Shown here: positions 52,156-64,000 of the stretch, piece after piece
How positions within the stretch are numbered: the first letter of the stretch is position 1
Layout: each line of letters begins with the position of its first letter
Assembly (NCBI RefSeq): GCF_964204645.1
Contig: NC_134034.1
Location: forward strand, 12,350,962 to 12,414,961
Source of the DNA: Tubulanus polymorphus
Taxonomy: Eukaryota > Animalia > Nemertea
DNA: 64,000 nucleotides
Direction: 5' to 3'
Made by a program: the position numbers and the translations under genes
The notes under the pieces: generated by a model
Told to the model about the DNA's origin: nothing
What the model saw: the letters and a program-made list of their open reading frames with translations, nothing else
Database searches by the model: none

Positions 52156-55100
52156 TCAATCGTTGTATTCGGGCAGATAGCGATATTTACGAGCAGACGA
52201 CGACGACGATCCCGAGGAGCAGACGCGTCGACGTACGACGACGATGACCGCGATCAACGCGAGAACGATCACTAAACCGCTGACGCCGACTGCCGTGTAA
52301 ACCAAACCTAAAAATACATCATCATAATAATCAGCTTCAACAAGGGTAGACTTTTGGTATGAGTGGGAATGAGTGATATAAGCCAATTGACAACTAAAAC
52401 AAAACTCATCCTTGAAAAATAAATTCCTGTGTAGTACAGTAGAATTCGCTTAATTCAGATCACCTGGGACTGAAAAATTTTGTCTGAATTATCAAACGAA
52501 ATCCGATTTATGTGCTCTCATTTAGATAGAAATTACCAAGAGGGGACTGGAATTTTAGTCGGAAATGAGTGAAAATCAAAATAAAACCGATCTAAATTAA
52601 GCAAGCGATACTTTATACACCCTATGTATTCTATATAGTTGTTCATTACCTCTGTTGCTTCTTCTGAAGTGCTTTAATATACTATTTTTTAAGGATGAAT
52701 TTTGTTTAAGACGCAATTCTGCTCATGCAGTCGTACTAACTTCAAACTAGATTTATATACCCTTTGAAACTATGGACCATTTAATGTTACCACGACAATA
52801 ACTGCCAAATTAATTCAAAATGTCAGAGAAGAGATGTTTATCTTTCAATAATTGAAGCATTCAAAACCCTGGGGGCCAATTGCAATGTTTCAGGTCACTC
52901 TGTGATGATGTTAGTTCCCCAGCCAATCTAACTATCTAACACCAAGACCGTTTTCAGACTTGCAACTGACCCCTTTGTTAGCCACAGTGCGAAAAAGAGA
53001 GAGGAGAAATAAAACGATGACTGACCTTGAGAAAGATTGAATGGTAAATGATGCGAAGATCGACATTCTTTATCGATATCACCGGGGATGATGTGTCGAG
53101 TTAACGCTACGAACTTCGACAACGGGCACGATGCCGTACAACCTGGAAACATTACGAATCATTCATCTATTATTGCAAACAAGCAGACGGATACATCCGC
53201 CACAGCAGACAGATACATCGGCCACAGCAGACGGAAACATCGGCCACAGCAGACGGATACATCAGCCACAGCAGATGGATACATCCGCCACAGCAAACGG
53301 ATACATCAGCCACAGCAGACAGATACATCGGCCACAGCAGACGGATACATCCGCCACAGCAAACGGATACATCAGCCACAGCAGACAGATACATCGGCCA
53401 CAGCAGACGGATACATCAGCCACAGCAGACGGATACATCAGCCACAGCAGACGGATACATCAGCCACAGCAGACGGATACATCGGCCACAGCAGACGGAT
53501 ACATCAGCCACGGCAGACGGGATTGAGACACATTTGTGAAGTTCTCAAGGATAGGTTGTTTTTTTAGGCCAGAAAGCAACTTTGAGTTCAGACAAACCTT
53601 AAGATTTCCGAAACTGTACCCAGAATTGAATCAATTAAGAAATTAAATAAATTTAAGATTTGAACCTTTTTGTTAAATTGGGCCCTGTGGTGGAAACTTA
53701 ATTTCTAGAAACTCAAATGAGAACTGTTTAATCGGGTACATATCGTCTTAAATAAAACTATATGCCATATATGCTATAGACTCATGCCATACAAAATTTG
53801 AGTTACATTTTCTATTCATTTCTAATTCATCATCTTGAACATCTTTATGAATTTTGCGAAAAAAAGAAACGATTGTTAATTTACCAGGCATAGTTAGCTG
53901 ATATGGTGGGCGACTGGAGTCGTTGCGATACCAGATCTGGAAGAATGGCTCCGAGCTGGACGATTGTTGATGTAGTTCTAAAATGGCGCAGGCTGCGTAC
54001 GGTGGAGGTATCTGATTGTACAACGATAAGGCACTTAAAAACGGAGCTACGGTCGTATCGTGCTGAAATACAGAGATAACATAGAATAACAAACAGATCA
54101 TCTCGCGGATCGTGAGGATTCTTCTTAGGTTCTACTTACACCGGAATACATGAACATCTTCTGACTAGAATCCATTTGATGATTTATATACGACATCGAA
54201 TCATTGATCATTTTCTTCAGCAGATTTCCTACAAAAAATCAAGAGAGTTTTAATATGACTCTGAATCCAGTTCCACAGTAGTATAGGTTCAATCGGACTA
54301 TGGATCAACTTTGACAGTTGTGTGCGAGTTTAACTTGTCTCTGGATCCAGTTAAACAGTTGTACGAGTTTAACTTGAACCTGGATCCAGTTCCACAGTTG
54401 TGCAAGTTTAACTTGACTCTGGATCCAGTTCCACAGTTGTATGGGTTTAATTTGTCTCTGAATCAAGATAACCTTACCCCCTGTGAGTCGAACCAGTTCT
54501 GGCGAGTCATCTTTCAAGTTAAACTCCAAATTGTTCAGAGCAACCATTTTCGACCACACATCCGGAGTAACCCACGCGGGCCACGTGAAATTGTGTATCC
54601 TCTGAAAGATACATGGCATCCCGATAAATGATTTGATCGTAGAAAATTCTCCTCAAAATTAAGATTTTCTTTTAACCGACCTCGATTTTCAAAATATCAG
54701 CAATTTTCCAAATGTTCGCGATTCCTTCTTTTACGACCCCGGCGTTTTTCTTTACATAATCATAGAACGCCTGAAAATAAACGAAATGAGTTCGATCATA
54801 GGGGGCGCTCTCGTTCGGAAAATGTTCCAAGCGAATTCCAAGTTCCAGACGACAGAGTTCCGCGCGGGAACGTACCTTATTTTCGCGTTCTTCCGTTTTG
54901 ATTTTGTCGGAATTGAGGATATCGTGCCAGAGTTCGTCGAATCGCGGGCAATACGCGCTAGAACTTAACAACTACAATCAAACACAATAATACAGTCGAT
55001 CGATCGACGACTGAAATGTGGAGGTCTTCCGATTTACAGGGAGTCTGATTAATGAACTCGGGAATTTTCACATTTTTAACCCATCTAGGTTGCACATTTG

Positions 55101-56842
55101 TTACATGAAGTTTATTCAGTAGCCGCAAAATTCCATTCAAATCCAAGTCTAGATACTTTGTCAAACAAACAGCTTCCAATTCCGCCAATCGCAACTCAGA
55201 ACTAACTCGAAGTTGAAATCAGTTCATTTTCAATGAGTTAATTCCGAGTCAACAAATGTGAACTCAGAACTGTGTGACCGATCCCAGATTTTTTTTATCG
55301 AATTGACCCTTGAGGGTTTATTTTCATTGTAACTCCTAGAATTGAACTCACGTGATCGTCGTTCTCGGGAATAGTGTGAACAGGAATCGGTTGCCAGGGT
55401 AACTTCTTGTTCCAGACTTCGTAGCCGGTCGGCGGGTAGAGCCCGGCGAGGTCGCTGAGTGCGCTCATCAGAGTACGATCGACATCTGTGCTACGAACTC
55501 GAATCTGTGCAAATACAAACACTATCAAAACACGAAACAGAAAACATGGCCATCTCCATAAAGCCCCCTATGACATCATCAAATTGCAATAATGCTGTAC
55601 ATGCTTCTTGCAGATCAGGCAATCCAACATTCAACATTTTCATTTCCCAGTTATCGTGAACTCTCCTCAGTGGAGGCCGTATTGAAAATCTCGAGGTTCC
55701 ACAAACATCGCTACCTCAGTCAATGAACTGTCCTATGATATCATGGAATTGCATTCTTAGTTTACAGGCATCAGACCTATTCGAAAACATGGCTACTACC
55801 TCGAATCCCCCAATGACATCATCAATTCTTCATATTTACCTCTTTCGCGACGTACAAATCACTGAGAAAACCTTGATATCTCTGGCGCAGATACTGACCT
55901 AGATTGTAATGCTGATTCATCCCAATCTGAAATATTAATAATTCATCCATTTTCTTGTTTGAAATGCGCTATAAACCATTATTTCTAAATGGTGCAGTAA
56001 TAACTGATAAAGTAATACCTGTGATAGTTGACCGAAACCATTCGGCCAGATACTAGGTGGATGTGGATCTTTAGGGTACGAGCCGACCGGACTCCGGTCT
56101 CCATGCCGGAATACCTGCAAAGTGTAACGATTAGTTAACAATATCATCGTCAGATTTTCACAAACAAGCAGTTCTAAGGAGTAAATTCCTTAAAAAACAT
56201 TTCAACATTTCTGGAAATCTCTCACTTAAAAACTAATTACGTCAAAATTGTTTGAATTGGGAGAATTTTTCAAGGCCGATACAAATCCTATGTTTCTATT
56301 TTTGGGAACTGACACTGATATCTATTGACCGAATACTGATTATGTGACAGTAATGTAACATGAATGAGACGTAATTGTAGTACAGGCTCTACTCTGTTAT
56401 CAGTCCTCGGTGACCTCCCTCGCCATGTGACAAAATTGAACTATAGTCAACAGCAGTAAGATTGATTAAATATTAAAGAAAAGATTACATTTCAAAATGT
56501 GATTAACTTATAAGGGTTTTAAAATCTCGACCTCGACCTTCTTATGAGTATCAGTCTACAATAAGATAGATTACAATAACCTCTTGCAATAAAAATTCAG
56601 GAAACTCTGCACAAATATTCTTTATAGAATTGTAATTACAAAATCCCCGAACTCAATTTTACCAGATAATCAATATTCAGCTTCACGCAAAAGGGTACAC
56701 TCAGATTTTAGATCTAGTTGCTATTAGTTACTTCATTCGGTCTAATTATCAATAAGAATTTGAAGCTTAGAATTTATGATAAAAATACTAACAGCTAGTT
56801 AATTATGAATGCCATGTACAAACTGTTATGACATATTGAACA

Positions 56843-56877
<35 letters not shown>

Positions 56878-57392
56878 CAGGAGTTTGATCACTCCTAATT
56901 AATATTAACAATGTTATCAACATCTGGTACAAATAGCAAATAAAGCCTAACAAAGGCAAAAAGGTCAGTCAGTCACAAGCCAATGAATAATGACATGGTC
57001 ACGGGTCTGAATCAGTACTAGGCTGATCTGCCTTTAGTTAACTTATGCAAGACATAATATAGTATGTATAATCTAACTTTATCAAACGTACCAGCGATCT
57101 ACCTATTTCTAAAAAACACAGATACAAAATGTAAGAATAAAGTCTAAATTGGTGTTTAATTTTTTTGCACTTGCAGTGCACTAAAACCCGGAAGTAAAAT
57201 TAAAACTTCACAAATTGACCTGAGTTTCCGCCTGGCAGACTGAATCACAATAGAAAAAAGATCGGAAAGTTTACTACTTACTAGGTGCACCAGTTTCAGC
57301 GTCGAGGGAGCGACGGCATCCGCGCGGGATGCGACAAAAACGACGAGAATTACAGCGAAAAAAATAAAATTCTTTCCCCTGTAAGCCGCCAT
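52156..57392 (-). CDS. ACP2: Lysosomal acid phosphatase (ACP2-like) paralogue A with TM and YxxPhi tail, ~430 aa
   Basis: Exons 57282-57392, 56019-56114, 55840-55926, 55352-55504, 54876-54971, 54681-54770, 54478-54601, 54140-54228, 53885-54062, 53026-53142, 52156-52307. Signal peptide; RHGDRSP, DRTLMSA, SGHDTT; [26 protein letters not shown]; tail KYRYL. Confidence 0.93.
53183..53519. repeat. 22-bp minisatellite (CAGCAGACGGATACATCAGCCA), ~15 copies
   Basis: Explains the three overlapping repetitive ORFs at 53088, 53131 and 53170. Confidence 0.95.
54255..54465. repeat. Family-A 39-bp satellite
   Basis: About 5 GGATCCAGTTCCACAGTTG units filling an ACP2 intron. Confidence 0.85.
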
Positions 57393-57710
57393 TTTGATTT
57401 GATGACGTCACGACCGAGCACATTAATCTCTACGATCTTGATCTTTAATTTCAGTCGAATAATCCATAAAAATCATGAAACTAAGGTCTTTTATTGAGAA
57501 TCCGATGTTTCTTCGGAATTATTACATTCAGAATCTGATTTAGATTCTATTTTCGAACGGCTATCGGGTTCGCTATAATCGGGGTAGAGATTACGTTTCG
57601 TCTGCTCTCAGCTGTCAAAAACATCCGTCAAAATGACGATTTGACGTTTAGCGGAAAGCGACGTCGAAATCAGCGATCATCGAGTGAATGATGCGAGTTA
57701 ACGGAGTCGG

Positions 57711-60700
57711 ATGATCGTCGATTCGTACCATATCGAGTCGCGGTGAGTTTTTAAAGGCGATCGAATCGAGAAAAATGAATATTTTCCCTGTTATTGTACT
57801 GACTGTAAATATATAACTTTTTTTACAACGCCCATCCCTCCCTCCTACTACATCCCCTCATCCCTACTGCCTCTGCTCTGCGATCTTTTCTTTCACTCCA
57901 TTTTCGAGATGTTTGTATGCTCTAAGATAGTCTTAAGGGGTTTACTGTTTTTTTGCCTAGGCCTACGAACTTGTAATCCCAAAACACAAACACTCGAAAC
58001 AGCGAGTGGTACATAAAGAGGGCTTCCTTCTTTCTGCAAATTCTTGGACCCCCATCAGCCAAATTTAAAGACAAAGTGAACTAAAACTGTCCCTTGATAA
58101 GCCTGATAATTGTTTTGTCCCACCCCTCTGAGCTTCCTCTCATGACTGTGACAAGTTTGTTGTGTAATTTATTGTATGATTGTAAGCTATAAAGCAGGTT
58201 CAGATCTAAGGAATGAAAGCCACTTGCCTGGGGGGCAATCTGAAATTTTATTTGCCCCGTCCAAAAGCTACTTGCCCTTCACAGGCAGTCCGATTGGTGG
58301 CACTATCATCCGTTGTATCGAGTGGGAAAAAAGCTTTGTGACATAAAATTGCACTAGCTGGGGGGGACAAGTGATAATGATAACCTACTTGCCCGAATGA
58401 TGTTATACATGTCCCGGGCAATCGGGCAAGTGCTTAGATCGGACCCTGTATAGGCTATATTTTCACTTACCTCAGTGTGAAATACCCTCAACTAGGCCAA
58501 CCTTCCTCATTAGTCAGCTATCTGTATCTTCGTATCTGGACCCAATCACTGATCAAGGGCTTAAAAATACCCCGGGCTACCCAGGCCTGCATAAAACCCC
58601 TGTAAACAGCTCCTCTAATCACACTGAAAATTAGGTAAAATCCAACCAACATCTTTATTTTCTAGTTGGAGAGCTATAGTCGCGAGGAAGGAAGGAAGGA
58701 GGGATGATGGATGGCTTTACGCAGCAAGAGCAGGAGGGGGTGATTACAGACAGCAGTTGGGCTGCGACTCCCGTCAAACAGATCATTGTAGAATACATTT
58801 CAAACAGCTGGACAGCGATTGTCACAAACACTGATAACATCTGGCGAATGTTGTTCTATTTTATATCGACAATCTTCACTTTATTCATTCAGTGTAAGTG
58901 TATATCTATACTCCTGCCTAGGTCAGGTTCCTGTCCGGGCATCTGCGGTCACTACACCCCGGCATGGATCCTACCTGGGTCTGGTTCCACTGCCTGTACA
59001 GGCCGGGTCCTGCCTGGGCCTAGTCCGCTGCCTGGGCCCTGGTCCATAAAACTCACCTTACAGCCCACAATTCTAACCGACAGAACTACCTAACTTCGTC
59101 CAGGCAGCTCGGCAAAGCTTGTAATTTTCATGCATTTCCATCAAAGGAAAAAAAAAACATAGACTCAAGATCCTAAATATCAATTAATGCTAGTATAGTC
59201 TTGTGTAGACATTCATTTGGCCTGTCTAACCCCTTCACCTGTCGTGCATGTACATGTCAGCAGGTCTAGAGAAAGTGTGATTTGTAGAACACATCAATAC
59301 TATTAAATGTTTTTTTTTAAATTTCACCCGGAGACGCCACCACCACCTGTTGTCGTATCCATTCAATAGACCAGCACCACCTGTTGTGTTTTTATTCCTG
59401 AAACGACACTCGAGTATCTATAAGATCGAGTAACAAGGCCTCCTCGATAGAACCCTAATCCGACCGGTCCCCTAGTTTTGTACAGTAAATCTCGCCTAAC
59501 TCGGACTAACTGGGACCAGCAAAATTGGTCCGAGGTAAACAAAGTCCGAGTTGAGGATAGGAAAATGACTTCGTTTTTTTCTGTGGCAAGTTTTAACTGT
59601 ATTCCTACAATCATCCTCGCAGATTTTTCTCCGCGATATTGGACTTAGTTTCGAAGAATTTCTCTCTATATATAGTTGCCGAAAGTTTTGTGGATAATGC
59701 CTCGAGATATTTCCGTCGATTGGAAGAAGAGTTCAACTCGACGCGTCCGCCCCAATACTCGATAATCGTAGTATGCATCATTTCGCTGATCGTTGTAGCC
59801 GGTCTCATCTATCGTAAACGTAAGTCTTTAAACATCGTGTCGTATCGATATTTCCCTCTCAATTTCGTATCAAGAATTTGTGATATATCTTCGCAGTAAA
59901 TAAATCGTTTGTAAAACGCGGCGCGACGTCCGATGATAAAAAGATGTTCGGTCTAAACGTGTTCGATCTAGCCAAGGTAAGTCCGTTGTCCGCTAAATTT
60001 TGATCTAGTTTAAATGAGAATTCTGGGTGCAGTTTCACGAACAAGTTTAAGGCTTAAACGGTTAAGTTTGAATTGTTGTCCTCATTGAAGAAATGAAGTA
60101 ACCAATGGCAATTACACCAAAAATTTGAGTTTCACTTTTTTGTGAAACTGGGCCCTGGTCTAATTTTCGTAGTTTATCATTTGTAGACGGCTTATGAAAA
60201 GGGACACGCCGAAGCCGTGATACGTTTAGTCAACAAACTTCAATACGACGTTAACTACGCGATTCCTACGAGTGGACTGACTCTTTTCCTGGTTAGTTAA
60301 GTTTTTAGTTCCTAGGAGGAAAACTGATATTAGCGCTCACGACAGTTCCGGATGGAATCCTGGCTACGTGATGACCCGAGGGTGTTATGACTCGATTATG
60401 CATCTATACAGTGTTCTCCGTATACTGGAATTTTTAAAGGGCTGCATTCATTGTTAAGCGTATGACATCGTGGCTGTTGAAGTAGCAAGGGTTTCGACAT
60501 CCACTCTTGGTAGGAGTAGCAGATATTTTATAAGGGGTTACTGATTTTTAGAGAGGTGGATATGAAAATGAAAGGGGTAGCCACCCCTCTAAAACCTGTC
60601 GTTGTCGAGAACAATGGTTGGGTTTCGAGAAATTTGTTGAAAAGAATTTGATGTTTATTGATTTCAGTGTTCGTGTATCAGCGGTGAAAGAAAGCTCGTG

Positions 60701-62464
60701 CAGTTTCTCATCAACAAAGGTACGTTATCTTTTGCCCAGATTGTCGAATGCCAAGCCACCAATAGATGGCGTTACCATCGCTGAACAGTTTCATTTTCTT
60801 ATCACTAACCACAGAATATCCCTATAGATGGCGTGCTAACTGTAGTTTGATGATATTTTTAAGGTGCTAATATCAACTCGAGGACAAGCGCCGGTGATTC
60901 TGCTCTATATCTGGCCACATTCGGGATTCTGAACGCGAAACGAAACGACAATTCAAATCGTTTTCCTTTACTTCATGATCTGATCGAGGCGGGTAAGCGA
61001 GAAACTTTCGGATCTATTTCAGTTCTAGGTTCACTTTAGAAGTATTGCAAATTTGTAATATTATTGCGCGGGGCAGGCGACAATTCGAGGCAATCGACCC
61101 CGGGATAAACAGTCTTCTGTACGGTGCAATTCTAAACATTAAACGCTCGTATAGGAAAGAGTAGCTTACAATTTTAACACAGTAAGCATAAAATTTGATA
61201 CAGAACTTATACAGACAATGACCATCCAAAGTTCACTCGTTACTGATAACACGTGCGAGACTCAGCGAAATCAAAACTTCACCTCGTATTACTGTCTTAA
61301 GTCTGTTTAGCAATAAAGCATATACACAATGTGAATCTCACTGGCTACAGTCTGAGTCTCACTAGTACAGTCTGACTTATGATGTAAGTCATCATTTAGA
61401 TAAGTCGTCAATATAATGATCATCCAACTACGGTAGCAAAATGTGCCAATTTGATTATAAGGCTGTTCTAAAGTGGATACCGCGTATTTTCATATTTTGT
61501 TCCAAAGGGATACCGCGTATTTTCGTTATTTCAGGATGTTCCGTCAATTCGCAGAACAAGTCCGGTTACACGGCCCTTCACCGAGCTGCCAGTAAGGGAA
61601 ACATTCCTCTCATCAAATTCCTCTTACAAAAAGGTCGGTAAACTTCAATCTCTAGTTGTTGTGTTACCTCTAGCGACATCGATACGATTGTTGTTTTCGT
61701 TGTTTCAGGCGCGTCGCCGTATCTGTGCAGTACGTCGAAAGTCTACCCGATCGATAGCGCCATCAATGCAGGTAAGCCTAGATCATACCAGACGCTGAGA
61801 GGGGCAATTTCTATTCAACCTAGTCTCCTAAAATAGCTTTATCATAAAATCGTAACTTTTAGTAGATTGTTTTGTGACATTATTTGAGAGATATTTTTTC
61901 AGGAGTATTTTTCCATGTTTAATACAATGAATCAACGGTTCCTATGTTACTGATTTTCTCCTGCAGGGGCCGCCACTTTCCGCCCATATACAAATCCCAG
62001 GAGTTTTCCAGGATTTTTACAAAATTTGTCAAATTCCTGGATTTTTTCCTGATTTCTCCTAGATTTTTCTGTTCCCCCGAGTTTGCCAGGTCTGCGGCCA
62101 CCCTGTCCTTTATCCAGGCCACAATCAGATCGTTGTAAATATTTCCTGCATTCGTCTCCATTATGCAGGTCATCTAGAGGCGGCCGAACTGCTGACGATA
62201 CGTGTGAAGAACCCACACGTCTGGGATATAATCGAACCCCACACACCGCCCCGGATTCAACTCGGTTTACAAACCCCGCAGCGTAAAAAGCTCGTCGACC
62301 TCGATTCCAAACGCCTGCGCAAACGTGACAAGAAACTGGCGACGATGTCGATGGCGCCACCTAAGTGCGAACAGTTGAACCGCGTGTTTACGCCCAAGAG
62401 GGAAATGGCGAGTGCCGGGAATTCACCGGTGATGACGTTTAAAGGTAGAGGCAAGTGTCGCTGA
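57711..62464 (+). CDS. Single-pass membrane ankyrin-repeat protein of unknown identity, ~350 aa
   Basis: Exons 57711-57742, 59623-59819, 59897-59976, 60187-60291, 60668-60719, 60864-60992, 61535-61633, 61709-61771, 62169-62464; phases are consistent. TM YSIIVVCIISLIVVAGLIY; ankyrin motifs GANINSRTSAGDSALYLA and SVNSQNKSGYTALHRAASKGNIPLIKFLLQKGA. The 3' end is uncertain: a splice 62444->62826 would end ...FKVL* at 62833. Confidence 0.8.
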
Positions 62465-64000
62465 TTCTGTTTAAAAACCCGAGGATCTGGTTCCACTAGT
62501 TGTGAGTTTACTAAGTTAAAATTAGTTCATTTTCAATGAGTTTTATTCAATGAGTTAACTCAGTGAAATGTGAACTCACAACTGTGGCACCGAGAAAGTC
62601 AAAATGAACTGGATCCAGTTCCACAGTTGTGAGTTAGTATTAACTCTGAACAACTGTGAAACTGAATCCAGAATGTTAAATTAGTAACTTTTGATAACTC
62701 GAATATTGTTATATAATTGAACATTCATTGAGAATTGTAATGTAGCAGACCAAAAATTCGTAATGAATTTTTTTGATTAATTGTATATATACGTGTGACT
62801 AGAAAATAGCTCTGATTATTTTCAGTGTTGTAAATATTTGGATTTAATTTATTATTAATATATCTATCATTATTTTCATTGAATATTGACAACAACAACA
62901 AAAAAACGATAGAAAAATAAAAAGACCCACAAAAAAAAACAATTCCTTAACTTTCGTTAAAAGTTTGTGAAGTTAGTGCAATCCAAGGCGATACTGTGAT
63001 ATTCCGTGTACAGAAAAGTTTGAAAAACACTCGACGTTTGAAGCAAAAACTGTGATATTTTGTAAAAAGTTCGATCGTATTTAAATAAGCGTTGAAAAAT
63101 TTGAATTATCATTTAATATCTCTAGGGTTCAAAAAGAGATTTGCTTTCGGTTTTAAGTTCCTTTGAAAACGCCTGGATTTGTTAGAATTTTGGGTCGTTA
63201 TTCTAGGGGGATGAATTATTTATTACCGATATTTATTCCGAAAATGTAAAAAGTTTTGCAAATATTTTTAGCGTGTATGGTTTTTAGGGATTTCCGCTCC
63301 CGAGTTGTGTCAGTGCGTGTGCGTGTGACTGTTAGGGGTATAGGTTAATTATTTATTTCTTTGTAGATTGAAAAATTAAGAATAATATTTCGAGACACAA
63401 CTTTTGCGTTCGTTATAGAATAAAGATTAGATATGTTAAGTTTTGAAAGTCAGGCTTAGTGAGGGTAAATAGTGCAATAAAATCATATGCTAGTCCCAGT
63501 TTCCGTAGTTCGATAAAAATAAATTAAATATGATAAATTATTTATCTGTAAGTAATTAATAAATTATTAATAGTTATAAATATTAGTATAATTGATTACT
63601 ACGTTTGTAAAAGGGTCTTACCGGTATTTTCTTGTTATATGAATGATAATATAATGAAGTAAAGTAAGTTATTGAATTCGTCGTTAAATGGTTAAATATT
63701 CCAAACAAAAACAATGTTGAAATTATTATTTAGAAAGAAAAAAATCCGTAAAAATGCAATATTTCCTGCTTGTCGTTCATTTTTTCTCTGGAGTCTCGGG
63801 ATTTTTTATCCCTGAAAGACTGTCCCAATTCAATCGGACCAGTTAAAACGAAAATATTTTCTGGTGCCCTGAAGCCGATTGTAACAAGGTTCCGCTATTT
63901 AGGCCCGACCCAATAGTACAGGTACCCCTATTTCACGTACGAGGACATACATAAATATCTCAAGTAAGCCTACCCCTATACTGTAGCTAGTTAAGACTTT

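Noticed and set aside
58704-59093. 129-aa ORF in the ankyrin gene's first intron
   Set aside because: No recognisable domain, low-complexity Pro/Gly end, and no compatible splice context.

Overview
Gene-dense, intron-rich genomic DNA from an invertebrate animal. It looks lophotrochozoan-like, but that is an inference and the species cannot be fixed from sequence alone. Nine protein-coding genes were reconstructed by hand from GT-AG splice sites and reading-frame continuity: (1) the 3' part of progranulin (+); (2) a homeodomain-containing ceramide synthase, CerS (+); (3) RacGAP1/CYK-4 (+); (4) a C2orf69 homologue (-); (5) a 19-finger C2H2 zinc-finger gene (+); (6) an intronless rhodopsin-type GPCR (-); (7, 8) two tandem histidine acid phosphatases (-), one membrane-anchored/lysosomal and one secreted; (9) a transmembrane ankyrin-repeat gene (+). 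Introns are full of MITEs (Harbinger-, piggyBac- and 9-bp-TSD types), MITE-derived satellites and Penelope-like remnants. Top finding: CerS carries two paralogous, frame-enforced mutually exclusive versions of exon 8 (17020-17176 and 19382-19541). This exon encodes the loop known to set acyl-CoA chain-length specificity; one version looks CerS2/4-like and the other CerS5/6-like, suggesting a splicing switch for ceramide chain length. Other notable items: a duplicated PLK1/ECT2-docking-motif cassette exon in RacGAP1; three minimal hammerhead ribozyme motifs, one split by a MITE; inverted transposon copies bracketing CerS exons 5-8a; a dual-frame first exon in C2orf69; and a micro-MITE found only at gene 5' ends. 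All human or fly sequence comparisons are from memory and need confirmation by alignment.
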